A stretch of DNA of 31,244 bases from positions 1-31,244 of the forward strand of contig CALXKG010000230.1 in assembly GCA_944388825.1 (NCBI GenBank). The letters run 5' to 3'. Position 1 is the first letter of the stretch, and every line of letters begins with the position of its first letter. A program made the position numbers and the translations under genes. This stretch comes from an uncultured Clostridia bacterium (GTDB lineage Bacteria; Bacillota; Clostridia; Oscillospirales; Ruminococcaceae). Positions 6,673 to 16,100 of this stretch are shown in pieces. The notes under the pieces were generated by a model. The model did not search any database. It was not told the DNA's origin and saw only the letters and a list, made by a program, of their open reading frames with translations.

Positions 6673-8658
6673 ATGAAAATCTATGTCAACGCGGCGGCAG
6701 GACGGAACGGCAACGGCAGCAGGGAAATGCCGTTTAAGCACATCAACGACGCGGCCCAGGCCGCGCGGCCGGGGGACGAGGTCCTGGTCGCGCCCGGCGT
6801 CTACCGGGAGTATGTCAACCCCCGCTACGCCGGTACCGAGGACGCCCGGATCACCTACCGCAGCACCGAGCCGCTGGGCGCCGTCATCACCGGGGCCGAG
6901 CAGGTGAAGGGGTGGGTCCCCTATGAGGGGAACGTCTGGACCGTCCGGGTCAAAAACACCCTCTTCGGCGGCTACAATCCCTATACCACCTACGTCTACG
7001 GCGACTGGTATTTCGCCGGGCGGAGCAAACACACCGGCTGCGTCTACTTAAACGACAAGGCGATGTATGAGGCCGGCAGCGTGGAAGAGTGCGTGAAGGG
7101 CGAGGTCTACGACCGCTCCTGGGAACCGGAGGCGTCGGTCTATAAGTGGTACGCCGAACAGGACGGGGACGAGACGGTCCTCTACGGCAACTTCCAGGGC
7201 AAGGACCCCAACGCCGAGAACGTCGAGATCAACGTACGCCGGGAGTGCTTCATGCCCTCCGAGACCGGCATCGGCTATATCACCGTGAGCGGATTTGTGG
7301 TCACCAAGGCCGCCACCACCTGGGCGCCCCCCGCCGCCTACCAGGACGGGATGATCGGGCCCCACTGGTCCAAGGGGTGGATCATCGAGGACTGCGAGAT
7401 CAGCAACTCCAAGTGCGCCGGCATTTCGGTCGGCAAATACTGCGACCCCGACAACGACCATTACTTTACCTACAAGCACGTCAAGAGCCCGACCCAGATG
7501 GAACGGGACGCGGTCTGCCGCGGGCAGTACCACGGCTGGCTGAAGGAAAAGGTCGGCAGCCATATCATCCGCCGCTGCAACATCCACCACTGCGAGCAGG
7601 GCGGCATCATCGGCCGGATGGGCGGCGTCTTCTCGATCATCGAGGACAACCATATCCACCATATCAACAACATGATGGAGCTGGGCGGCGCGGAGATCGC
7701 CGGCATCAAGATGCACGCCGCCATCGACGTCATCTACCGCCGCAACCACATCCACCACTGTACGATGGGCATCTGGTGCGACTGGGAAGCCCAGGGCACC
7801 CGCATCACCCAGAACCTGATGCACGACAACCAGAAGCCGGAAAGCGCCAGCCAGCTCAAGGGCGGTATGATGAGCCAGGATATCTTTGTCGAGGTCGGGC
7901 ACGGGCCGACGCTGATCGACAACAACATCCTGCTCTCCTCCGCGTCGCTGCGGATGGCGACCGAGGGCGTTGCGATGGTCCACAACCTCATCTGCGGGTC
8001 GTTTACTTCGGTCGGCGCGGGCACCGGCCCCCGGTATACCCCCTACCATATCCCCCACCGGACCGAGGTCATGGGCTTTATGACCATCCTCCACGGCGAC
8101 GACCGGTTCTACAACAACATCTTCGTCCAGAAATGGCCGGCGGAAGCCTTTACCACCCTGCGGGATGTGGGCGAAGGGACCGATTCGGAAAACCGCGAGG
8201 TCGGCACCCATGTGCTGGACGGCTATATCACCTACGACGAGTGGATCAAGATGTTCGATATGGACACCGAGACGCCGGATATGGGCAAGCTGGCCCCGGC
8301 GCACGACCACTCGCTGCCGGTCTGGGTCGCTGGAAACGCCTACTTTAACGGCGCGAAGGCGTATAAGAACGAGACCGACCATCTGGTCGACAATGAACAC
8401 GCGGTCTATGTCGAGCTGACCGAAAAGGACGGGCATCCGGTCCTTTCGACCAACGTCTACGACTTCCTGGGGGACTACGCCGCCGGGATGATCGACAGCG
8501 ACGTGCTGGGGAAAGCGTTCGAGCCGGAAGAGCGGTTTGAGAACCCCGACGGCACCGGTATCGTCTTCAACGAGGACTACCTGGGCGGGCACCGCGGGGT
8601 GAAGGTCATTCCCGGGCCGTTTGCTTCGGCGGAAGACGCGGGGAAAGAACTGTTTTAA
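6673..8658 (+). CDS. GH120 beta-xylosidase (right-handed beta-helix, XylC-like), cytoplasmic
   Basis: Motifs shared with GH120 XylC: GVYREYV, WAPP, GPHWSKGWIIED, EIAGIKMHAAID, catalytic-region CDWEAQG and FVEVGHGP, GDDRFYNNIF. No signal peptide; RBS GGAGG. Confidence 0.88.
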   Translation: MKIYVNAAAGRNGNGSREMPFKHINDAAQAARPGDEVLVAPGVYREYVNPRYAGTEDARITYRSTEPLGAVITGAEQVKGWVPYEGNVWTVRVKNTLFGGYNPYTTYVYGDWYFAGRSKHTGCVYLNDKAMYEAGSVEECVKGEVYDRSWEPEASVYKWYAEQDGDETVLYGNFQGKDPNAENVEINVRRECFMPSETGIGYITVSGFVVTKAATTWAPPAAYQDGMIGPHWSKGWIIEDCEISNSKCAGISVGKYCDPDNDHYFTYKHVKSPTQMERDAVCRGQYHGWLKEKVGSHIIRRCNIHHCEQGGIIGRMGGVFSIIEDNHIHHINNMMELGGAEIAGIKMHAAIDVIYRRNHIHHCTMGIWCDWEAQGTRITQNLMHDNQKPESASQLKGGMMSQDIFVEVGHGPTLIDNNILLSSASLRMATEGVAMVHNLICGSFTSVGAGTGPRYTPYHIPHRTEVMGFMTILHGDDRFYNNIFVQKWPAEAFTTLRDVGEGTDSENREVGTHVLDGYITYDEWIKMFDMDTETPDMGKLAPAHDHSLPVWVAGNAYFNGAKAYKNETDHLVDNEHAVYVELTEKDGHPVLSTNVYDFLGDYAAGMIDSDVLGKAFEPEERFENPDGTGIVFNEDYLGGHRGVKVIPGPFASAEDAGKELF

Positions 8659-8714
8659 GCGGCGGCTTTGCTAAGAGGCACCTCCCGGGCGCCATAACTG
8701 AATAGCCGGACATG

Positions 8715-8755
8715 AAACGGCCGGAGCCTTCTTTTAAAAGGCTCCGGCCGGTTTT
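8715..8755. terminator. Bidirectional terminator between GH120 and GH3
   Basis: 13 bp stem CGGCCGGAGCCTT/AAGGCTCCGGCCG with A/T tracts on both sides. Confidence 0.85.
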
Positions 8756-8767
8756 GTTCTGCCTGTT

Positions 8768-11614
8768 TTACCGGGCAAACTTCGATTTCATGATGATGTT
8801 GAGGTTGTTCATCGCGCAGCGCTGGATGTCGCCGCGGCAGATCTTCCGCTCGCGGTCATAGTTCCCGCGGTAGACGATCGTCCTGCCGCCGTCGGCGACG
8901 GCGCCGATGGTCTCGTCCAGCGGCTGCTGGAGGGGCGGCGTCGAGCGGTCCCGCATCAGTTCCGGGATGCTGGCGGTCTTTAAGTAGACCGGCTGCCCGT
9001 CCACCAGGATCTTCCCGTCCTTCACTTCCGCCAGGTGCCCTTCGCCGAGGGCGGCCGCCGCGGTATCCTGCCCGTCCGCGCAGGGGGTGAAGGAGTTCCA
9101 GCGGGTGGCGGTGGGGACCGGCAGGAAGGGCAGTTCCTTCTCCATGACGACCTGGCCGCGTTCGTCGAACAGCGGCTCGACCGTTTCGGCGGCCTGCCGG
9201 ATGTTCAGGACCCGCGCCTTGCCGCCCGGCATGATCAGGTCGTTGCCGGCGTGCATCGAGATGCAGGGGGTGGAGCTGCCGCCGTTCCAGTCGGTCATGA
9301 TGAGCCCCTCAAAGCCCCATTCGCCCCGCGCCAGGTTGGTGCAGAGGTCGTAGCTGTCGGCGGTCGGCACGCCATTGATGAGGTTGTAGGAGGTCATGAT
9401 GCTCCAGGGCTGGGACTCCTCGACCGCGATCTTGAAGGGCTCGAGGTAGATCTCCCGCAGCGCCCGCTGCCCGACGATCGAGTTGGACATATAGCGGTTG
9501 AGCTCCTGGTTGTTGGCGGCGTAGTGCTTGATGCAGCCGCCGCAGCCGGGCAGGCTCTGGATGCCGCTGATCATCGCGGCGGCCAGCTTGCCGGCGACCA
9601 GCGGGTCTTCCGAGTAGTACTCGAAGTTCCGCCCGCACATCGGGTCGCGCTGGATGTTGATGCCGGGACCCAGGATCAGCGCGATCTGGAGCGCCTGCAT
9701 ATCCTGCGCCATCCCGCGGCCGACCTGGTAGAGGACTTCCGGGTCAAACGACTGGGCCAGCAGCGTCCCGACCGGCCAGGCGGTGCAGAAGTGGTAGACG
9801 GTGGTCTTTTCGCCGGTCTCGAGGTTGTCCGCTTCAAACTGCTGGGTCACGCGGATGCCGCCGGGGCCGTCGGCCATGACGATGGACGGGATGCCGAAGG
9901 TGTCCTCCATCTGGTGGGTCGTCTCGCCGGCCGCGCCCGGTACCGATTCCGAGCTGGCCCCGACGACCGGGTGGTCGGCGTCGGCGACGCCCCAGCCGGT
10001 GCCGCAGCAGAGGTCGGCAAGCTGCGCGTTGGAAAGCTGGGCGACAAATTCCTCCATCGGGGCTTTGCCTTCCCAGACGTCCCGGAGCTTCCAGCCCTTC
10101 TCTTCGACCAGCTGTACCTTTTCATAGGGCAGCTGGGCGGTGTAGGCGGGGTCGGTCGTGTAGGTGGTGACGGTTTCGTCCGCGTAAGGCGAGCGGCCGT
10201 CCACCGTCTCCGGCATCCTGTCCAGCCCCAGCGCCGGCACCTTTTCCCAGACGCCGCCGTCCGGGCGTTCGGTCCAGCCGGTCAGCTCGGTCAGCGGTTC
10301 GGCCAGCGGCAGCGCGACGTCCACCCTGCGGATCAGTCTGGTTTCCGGCACCTCGACCCGGCAGACCGCCGCCGTCTCGCGGGAGGAAACGCCGGCGCTC
10401 ACCCGGTAGCTGCCGGCCGACAGGATGTAGCCGCCCGCCTTTTCGCTGTAGGAGGCGAGATTTTCGGCCGGGACTTCGATCGAGACAGTCTCCGTTTCGC
10501 CCGGCTGCAGCAGGCGGGTCTTTTTAAAGCCCTTTAATTCCTTCGCCGGCATATCCAGTTCGCCGGTCGGGGCGGAGACATACAGCTGCACGACCTCTTT
10601 GCCGGCGCAGCTGCCGGTGTTTTCGACCGCTGCCGAGACGGTGAGGACGCCGTCTTCCAGCTTCGCCGCATAGCCGCCCACCGAGAAGGTGGTATAGCTT
10701 AAGCCGTAGCCGAAGGGGTAGCCCGGCTTTTTCGCAAAGGTGTCAAAATACCGGTAGCCGACATAGATCCCCTCGACATAGGGGGCCTGGATCGGGTCTT
10801 TGAGGAAGACGCCGGAGGCGGGATAGTCCTCGTATTTTTCCGCCCAGGTGGCGGCCAGCTTGCCGGAGGGGGAGACCCGGCCGGTCAGGATGTCGCAGAC
10901 GGCCTTGCCGCCCTCCTGGCCCGCCTGGCCCATCAGCAGGATGGCGTCGGCGCCCGCCGCGTTCAGGTCTTCGACCGAGACGGGGCCGGCGACGTTTAAG
11001 ACGACGACCAGCTTATCGAAAGTCCGGCGCAGCAGGGAGAGGTTTTCCCTTTCGGCCGCCGAGAACCGGTAGTCGCCGATCTCGCAGTCCCTGCCGTCAA
11101 TTTTGGCGGTCTGGGTCATGGCGCGGTCGTTGCCCTCGCCCGAGTTGCGGGAGACGACAAAGACGGCGGTATCGGTCTGGGCGCGGGAGGCCTTGACCAT
11201 CTCTTCGGTCAGCGGCTGTTCCGGGAAGGCGAAGACCGACATGACGTGGTCGGTCTGGGCGTCGCGGGCGCGGTCGTATTCGACGGCGTACTGCCGCAGT
11301 TCCTCCGCGTTGACGACTGCGTAGTCGTCCTCCATCGCGGTCAGGATGTTGATGTGGTAGCGGGGGGAGAGGTTGACGTTGACGTCCCCGCCGCCGGAAA
11401 GGCCGCCGTTGAACGGGTCGCCGGAGCCGGTGCCGCCCCGGACGGTGCGGGCCGCGCCGTTGCCGTAGACAGCCAGCGCCAGCCCCGCCGGGAGGGGAAG
11501 CGCGTGGTTTTCGTTCTTTAACAGGACCATCCCTTCCGCGGCGGCACGGCGGGCGATCTTCGCCCCTTCAATTTCCCGCGGCGACATGGGCGGGAATACT
11601 TTGCAATCAGACAT
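8768..11614 (-). CDS. GH3 beta-glucosidase/beta-xylosidase, reversed domain order (alpha/beta sandwich - FN3 - TIM barrel)
   Basis: EGMVLLKNEN, YVEGIYVGYRYFD, DGPGGIR, GRNFEYYSEDP, IKHYAANNQE, nucleophile motif IMTDW; RBS GGAGG. Confidence 0.95.
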   Translation of the reverse strand: MSDCKVFPPMSPREIEGAKIARRAAAEGMVLLKNENHALPLPAGLALAVYGNGAARTVRGGTGSGDPFNGGLSGGGDVNVNLSPRYHINILTAMEDDYAVVNAEELRQYAVEYDRARDAQTDHVMSVFAFPEQPLTEEMVKASRAQTDTAVFVVSRNSGEGNDRAMTQTAKIDGRDCEIGDYRFSAAERENLSLLRRTFDKLVVVLNVAGPVSVEDLNAAGADAILLMGQAGQEGGKAVCDILTGRVSPSGKLAATWAEKYEDYPASGVFLKDPIQAPYVEGIYVGYRYFDTFAKKPGYPFGYGLSYTTFSVGGYAAKLEDGVLTVSAAVENTGSCAGKEVVQLYVSAPTGELDMPAKELKGFKKTRLLQPGETETVSIEVPAENLASYSEKAGGYILSAGSYRVSAGVSSRETAAVCRVEVPETRLIRRVDVALPLAEPLTELTGWTERPDGGVWEKVPALGLDRMPETVDGRSPYADETVTTYTTDPAYTAQLPYEKVQLVEEKGWKLRDVWEGKAPMEEFVAQLSNAQLADLCCGTGWGVADADHPVVGASSESVPGAAGETTHQMEDTFGIPSIVMADGPGGIRVTQQFEADNLETGEKTTVYHFCTAWPVGTLLAQSFDPEVLYQVGRGMAQDMQALQIALILGPGINIQRDPMCGRNFEYYSEDPLVAGKLAAAMISGIQSLPGCGGCIKHYAANNQELNRYMSNSIVGQRALREIYLEPFKIAVEESQPWSIMTSYNLINGVPTADSYDLCTNLARGEWGFEGLIMTDWNGGSSTPCISMHAGNDLIMPGGKARVLNIRQAAETVEPLFDERGQVVMEKELPFLPVPTATRWNSFTPCADGQDTAAAALGEGHLAEVKDGKILVDGQPVYLKTASIPELMRDRSTPPLQQPLDETIGAVADGGRTIVYRGNYDRERKICRGDIQRCAMNNLNIIMKSKFAR

Positions 11615-11685
11615 GATAAACCTCCTTGTGATACGGGCCGCACGGTGGACGCAGGGTCCGGCGGGCGCCCGCTTCTTTAGTAACT

Positions 11686-11714
11686 ATATTACCATATTCT
11701 GCGGGAAACGTCCA
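11686..11714 (-). promoter_or_regulatory. Probable promoter for the GH3 gene
   Basis: TGGACG-17 bp-TAATAT with extended TG. Confidence 0.5.
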
Positions 11715-11880
11715 GTCTTTCCGGAAAAAAGGCATGTCCTTTTGTTGCATTTTATCTGAAAATACGGACCGGGACGCAAAAAACGGGAATCGGCCACCCA
11801 TTTTCGGTGGGAGATAGGAATGCGCGGCCGGATTTAATTTGCTGGAATATCATTAGCTTGTGTTAATGAAATACCCATTC

Positions 11881-11904
11881 CATATGGTATAATATAACCA
11901 TATG
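11881..11904 (+). promoter_or_regulatory. Extended -10 promoter of the T7SS locus overlapped by an inverted repeat
   Basis: TGgTATAAT (11885-11893) inside a perfect CATATGGT-N8-ACCATATG repeat; no consensus -35. Confidence 0.65.
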
Positions 11905-11950
11905 CCTGACGGATTCCGGGAGGCGGAACAAAACGGGAGGCGAAGATACA

Positions 11951-12538
11951 TTGGGTAATAAGCAGATGGCCGAAAAGATATTCAGGGAAGTCTACCACAT
12001 TCAGGATCCCGAACTGCTGGAGCAGTTTGTGCTGGATTCCCACGCGTGGAAGGTGTCCCGGAAGAGCACGCTGCTGCACGCGGGGTGCAATCCGGATTAC
12101 CTCTTTTTTCTGATCGAGGGGGTCGTGCGCGGGTTCTTCCTCGACCGGGAGGGGAAGGACATCACCGACTGCCTGTTCGCCGACTTTGGGGCCGCGATCT
12201 GGCCCTCGATGGGGATCGACGACGCGGCCAGGATCAACCTGGAAGCGGTTTCCGACTGCACGGTCCTCTGTTTGCCGGTCAAGACCATCCAGCGGCTCAT
12301 GTTTCAGTTTACGGAAATCATGGTGGTGTACAACCGGCTGCTGGAGCATTCGCTGGCTTATCACTGGGAACTCAAGATCATGATGTACCAGTGTACCGCG
12401 CAGGAGCGGTACGCGTGGTTTTTGCAGAAGTATCCCGGGATCATCGACCAGATCAGCCACCGGTATATCGCCTCTTTCCTCGGGATGAACCCGGTGACGC
12501 TGAGCCGGCTGCGCAGGCAGTGCAGGGACGGCGGCTGA
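11951..12538 (+). CDS. Crp/Fnr family regulator (cNMP-binding domain plus HTH)
   Basis: LFFLIEGVVRGFF, INLEAVSDC, IASFLGMNPVTLSRLR. TTG start 10 nt after GGAGG (alternative ATG 11966). Confidence 0.92.
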   Translation: MGNKQMAEKIFREVYHIQDPELLEQFVLDSHAWKVSRKSTLLHAGCNPDYLFFLIEGVVRGFFLDREGKDITDCLFADFGAAIWPSMGIDDAARINLEAVSDCTVLCLPVKTIQRLMFQFTEIMVVYNRLLEHSLAYHWELKIMMYQCTAQERYAWFLQKYPGIIDQISHRYIASFLGMNPVTLSRLRRQCRDGG

Positions 12539-12572
12539 TGCGGCGGGACGCGCGGACAGGCGGAGGAAGAAG

Positions 12573-13118
12573 ATGAAGGGCTGGTTTTTGCTGATCCTGC
12601 CGGCTGTGGGGCTGGCCGCTTTGCTGGCCTGCTGGTACAGGCGCCTGGCCCGCCGGAAGGCGGACCGGGAACAGATGCGGCGGAAGGCGCGGGAAGACGC
12701 GCTGGACCGCGCCATATCCAATCCGATAGAGGGCGGGGCGCAGCAGGCGCAGTCCCCGGTGGAGGTCATGTACCGCGAAGACTGTCCCGCGCCGGACGGG
12801 CCGGTGCTGCGGCTGACGGAAATGGGGCCGGACGCCGCGAGGGTTTACCTTTTCCCTTACGGCGCCGTCCTCTACCTGGGGGAACGGGACGGCCGGGCGG
12901 CGGTGCTGCAGCGGGAAGACGCCCGGTACCGGATAGAGTGCGCAATTTTTGGAAGGGGAGGCGCTTTTTACGCCTGTGCCGTGCGGCAGCAGAGGGTGCG
13001 GCTGCGGCGCAGGCGGCGTTTCACCCTGCTGGACGCGTCCGGCGTCCGGCTCAACCATCTGGACCGGCTCGAACTGTCCGGCAGCCAGTATAAAGTGGAA
13101 CTGTTAAAACGGGAATGA
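12573..13118 (+). CDS. Membrane-anchored protein with a degenerate FHA-like beta-sandwich
   Basis: N-terminal TM, basic juxtamembrane stretch, beta-rich C-terminal ~110 aa ending in the FHA-type L..LD.LEL pattern; pThr residues not evident. Confidence 0.55.
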   Translation: MKGWFLLILPAVGLAALLACWYRRLARRKADREQMRRKAREDALDRAISNPIEGGAQQAQSPVEVMYREDCPAPDGPVLRLTEMGPDAARVYLFPYGAVLYLGERDGRAAVLQREDARYRIECAIFGRGGAFYACAVRQQRVRLRRRRRFTLLDASGVRLNHLDRLELSGSQYKVELLKRE

Positions 13119-13152
13119 CCGGTATCCCGGTCGGAAAGAGGTGCTTGGTGCC

Positions 13153-16100
13153 ATGGTCCTTTCGATATGCGGGCAGAATGCCTATAAGGAGTTTGCGCTG
13201 CCCCCGGGGAAAAACCTGGAGACGTCGCTGACCGTCAGGCGGGATGTTTTCGGCCTTCCGCGGGATTTGGCCCTGCGCCTGGAAAACAGCGGCGGCCGGT
13301 GGTCCTTCCTCGCCCCCGCGGAAGGGGAACTGATCCGGAACGGGGCGGTTTATGACCGGGCGCCGCTGCAGGACGGCGATTATCTTTTATACCGGCAGCG
13401 GGGGCGGAATGTCCTCGCCATCATGGCGCGGGACGGCAGCCGCCGCTTTACGGGATACGCCAAATACGCCCTGCAGGCGGAGGAGGTCCTGATCGGGACC
13501 GCGCCGGAATGCGGGATCCGCTATTCCTTCCAGTACGGCGGCGCGGAATATATCACCCGCCGCCACGCCAGCATCCGGGCCGGCGGCGGCGGGCTCTCCC
13601 TGCGGGACTACAGCCGCAACGGCGTGTTTGTCAACGACGTGCGGGTACATGGCGAGGCGATGCTGCAGTTTGGCGACCACGTCGATATCTGGGGCCTGCA
13701 TATGGTGGCGCTGGGCGGCGTGCTGGCGGTGCGGGAAGACGCGGCCCTTACCATCGACCCGCAGCAGCTGCGCCCGGAAGACCTTCCGGAACAGCCTTTG
13801 TCGGAAGAAACGGCCGGGAAAATCCATTACCACCGTTCCCCCCGCCGCCTGGGGCGGCTTGCGGAGGGGGAGATCGCCATCGACCCGCCGCCTGCCGCCG
13901 CGGCGGAGGGGGAACAGCCGCTCCTGCTCGCCGTCGGGCCGGCCCTCAGCATGGCGCTGCCGATGGTGGCGGGAAGCCTGCTGGCGGTGGCAGGCTCGCG
14001 CACGGGCGGCGCGTATATGTATACCGGCATCGTCACGTCGGTGCTTTCGGCGGTGATCGGCGCGGTATGGGCGTTTGCCAACCTGCGCTATGCCCGGAAA
14101 AGCCGCCGGGAAAAGGAAGAGCTGCGGTTTTCCGCCTACAGCGACTACCTGGTCCGGCTGACGGACGGGATCCGGGCGGATTACCAGCACAACCGGGAAG
14201 TGATGCTGGAGGCGTACCCTTCTGCCGCCGCCTGTATCGAAAGGGGGCTGCGGGGGGAGCGCCTGTGGGAGCGCAACGCCTTCCACCCGGATTTCCTCTG
14301 TTACCGGCTGGGGCTGGGGGATATCCCCTTCCAAAAGGAGATCCGCGCGCCGGGGGAACGGTTTGAAATGATCCCCGATACCCTGCGCGACAAGCCGCGG
14401 ATGATCCGGGAGAATTTCCATATGCTGCGGCAGGTGCCGGTCTGCGTCGACCTGGCCCGGGAACGGCTGGTCGGGATCGTGGGCGGGCCGGACCTGGCGG
14501 GAGCGCGGGGCATTTTGCAGAGCCTGGTCGCGCAGATCGCGGTGCAGAACTGCTACACCGACGTCAAGCTCGCGTTCTTTTACCGGGAAGACCAGGGGGA
14601 CGATACGGAAAAATGGGAATACTGCCGCTGGCTGCCCCATGTCTGGTCGGAGGGGCACAAGATGCGGTTTGTCGCCGACAGTTCCCCGGCGGCCAGCGAC
14701 CTGCTTTATGAGATCGCGTCGGTGCTCCGGCTCCGGCATGAGATGAAGGGCAGCGGGCAGGCGGTATATAAGCCCTGGTATATCCTGGTGCTGGAGGACA
14801 GTTCGCTCCTGGAAAACGAGCCGGCTGCCCGTTACCTGCTCGACCCCGGGCAGGACCTCGGCGTTACGGTGCTGATCCTGGCGGACCGGGCGGAAGACCT
14901 GCCCAACGCCTGCGAGTGCATCATCCGCGGGGACGCGGCCTATACCGGGATGTACCATACCCGGGAAATGGATATGGACGCCGGGCGGATACAGATCGAG
15001 ACGATGGACAGATCGCCGCTGGAACGGCTTGCGCGGAAGCTGTGCAGCATGGAGGTGGAAGAGGTGGAGCGGGGCGGCGGGATCCCGGCGTCCGTCACCT
15101 TTTTTGACCTGTACGGCGTCTCCCGCCCACAGGAACTGATGGCGCCGGAACGGTGGAAGCATGGGCGCACCTATGAAAATATGCGGGCGCTGGTGGGGGT
15201 GAAAAACGGCGGGCTGCCCTGTTGTCTGGACGCCCATGAGAAGTACCACGGGCCCCATGGGCTGGTGGCGGGCACGACCGGCTCGGGGAAGTCGGAGACG
15301 CTTCAGACGTATATCCTTTCCCTCGCCATCCAGTTCAGCCCGTACGACGTCGGCTTTTTCCTGATCGACTACAAAGGCGGCGGGATGGCCAACCTGTTTG
15401 ACCGCCTGCCGCATACGCTCGGGACGATCTCCAACCTTTCCGGCGGACAGATCCAGCGGGCGCTGGTTTCCATCAAGAGCGAGAACCAGCGCCGCCAGCG
15501 GCTCTTTAATGAAAGCGGCGTCAACAACATCAACCATTATACCCGGCTGTATAAAAACGGGGAGGTCTCGCTGCCCATCCCGCACCTGTTTATCATCATC
15601 GACGAATTTGCCGAGCTGAAGCGGGAACAGCAGGAATTCATGCAGGAACTGATCAGCGTGGCGCAGGTGGGGCGCAGCCTGGGCGTCCACCTGATCCTCG
15701 CGACCCAGAAGCCCGCCGGCACGGTGGACGACAACATCCGTTCCAATACCCGTTTCCGCCTTTGCCTGCGGGTGCAGGACCGGCAGGACAGCATGGATAT
15801 GCTCCACCGCCCGGACGCCGCCTATCTGACCCAGGCGGGCCGCGCCTTTTTGCAGGTCGGGAGCGACGAAGTCTTTGAACAGTTCCAGTCCGGCTGGAGC
15901 GGGGCCGATTTCGACGCGGAAACGGCGGGCAGCAAACAGGTGCTCGCCCGGATGCTTGCCAGCACCGGCCGGATGGACGCGGAAGGCAGCTATTTGAAAC
16001 GGCAGCGGAAGGAAGCCGCCCGGTCCGCCTGGCTGGCGCTGCTGGCAGACCTTTGCCGCCAGGCGGCGGAGGAGCCCGCCGGCCCCGCGCGGACGGCGGC

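Noticed and set aside
11780-11950. Classical Crp box (TGTGA-N6-TCACA)
   Set aside because: Only TGTGT is present, with no matching right half-site.
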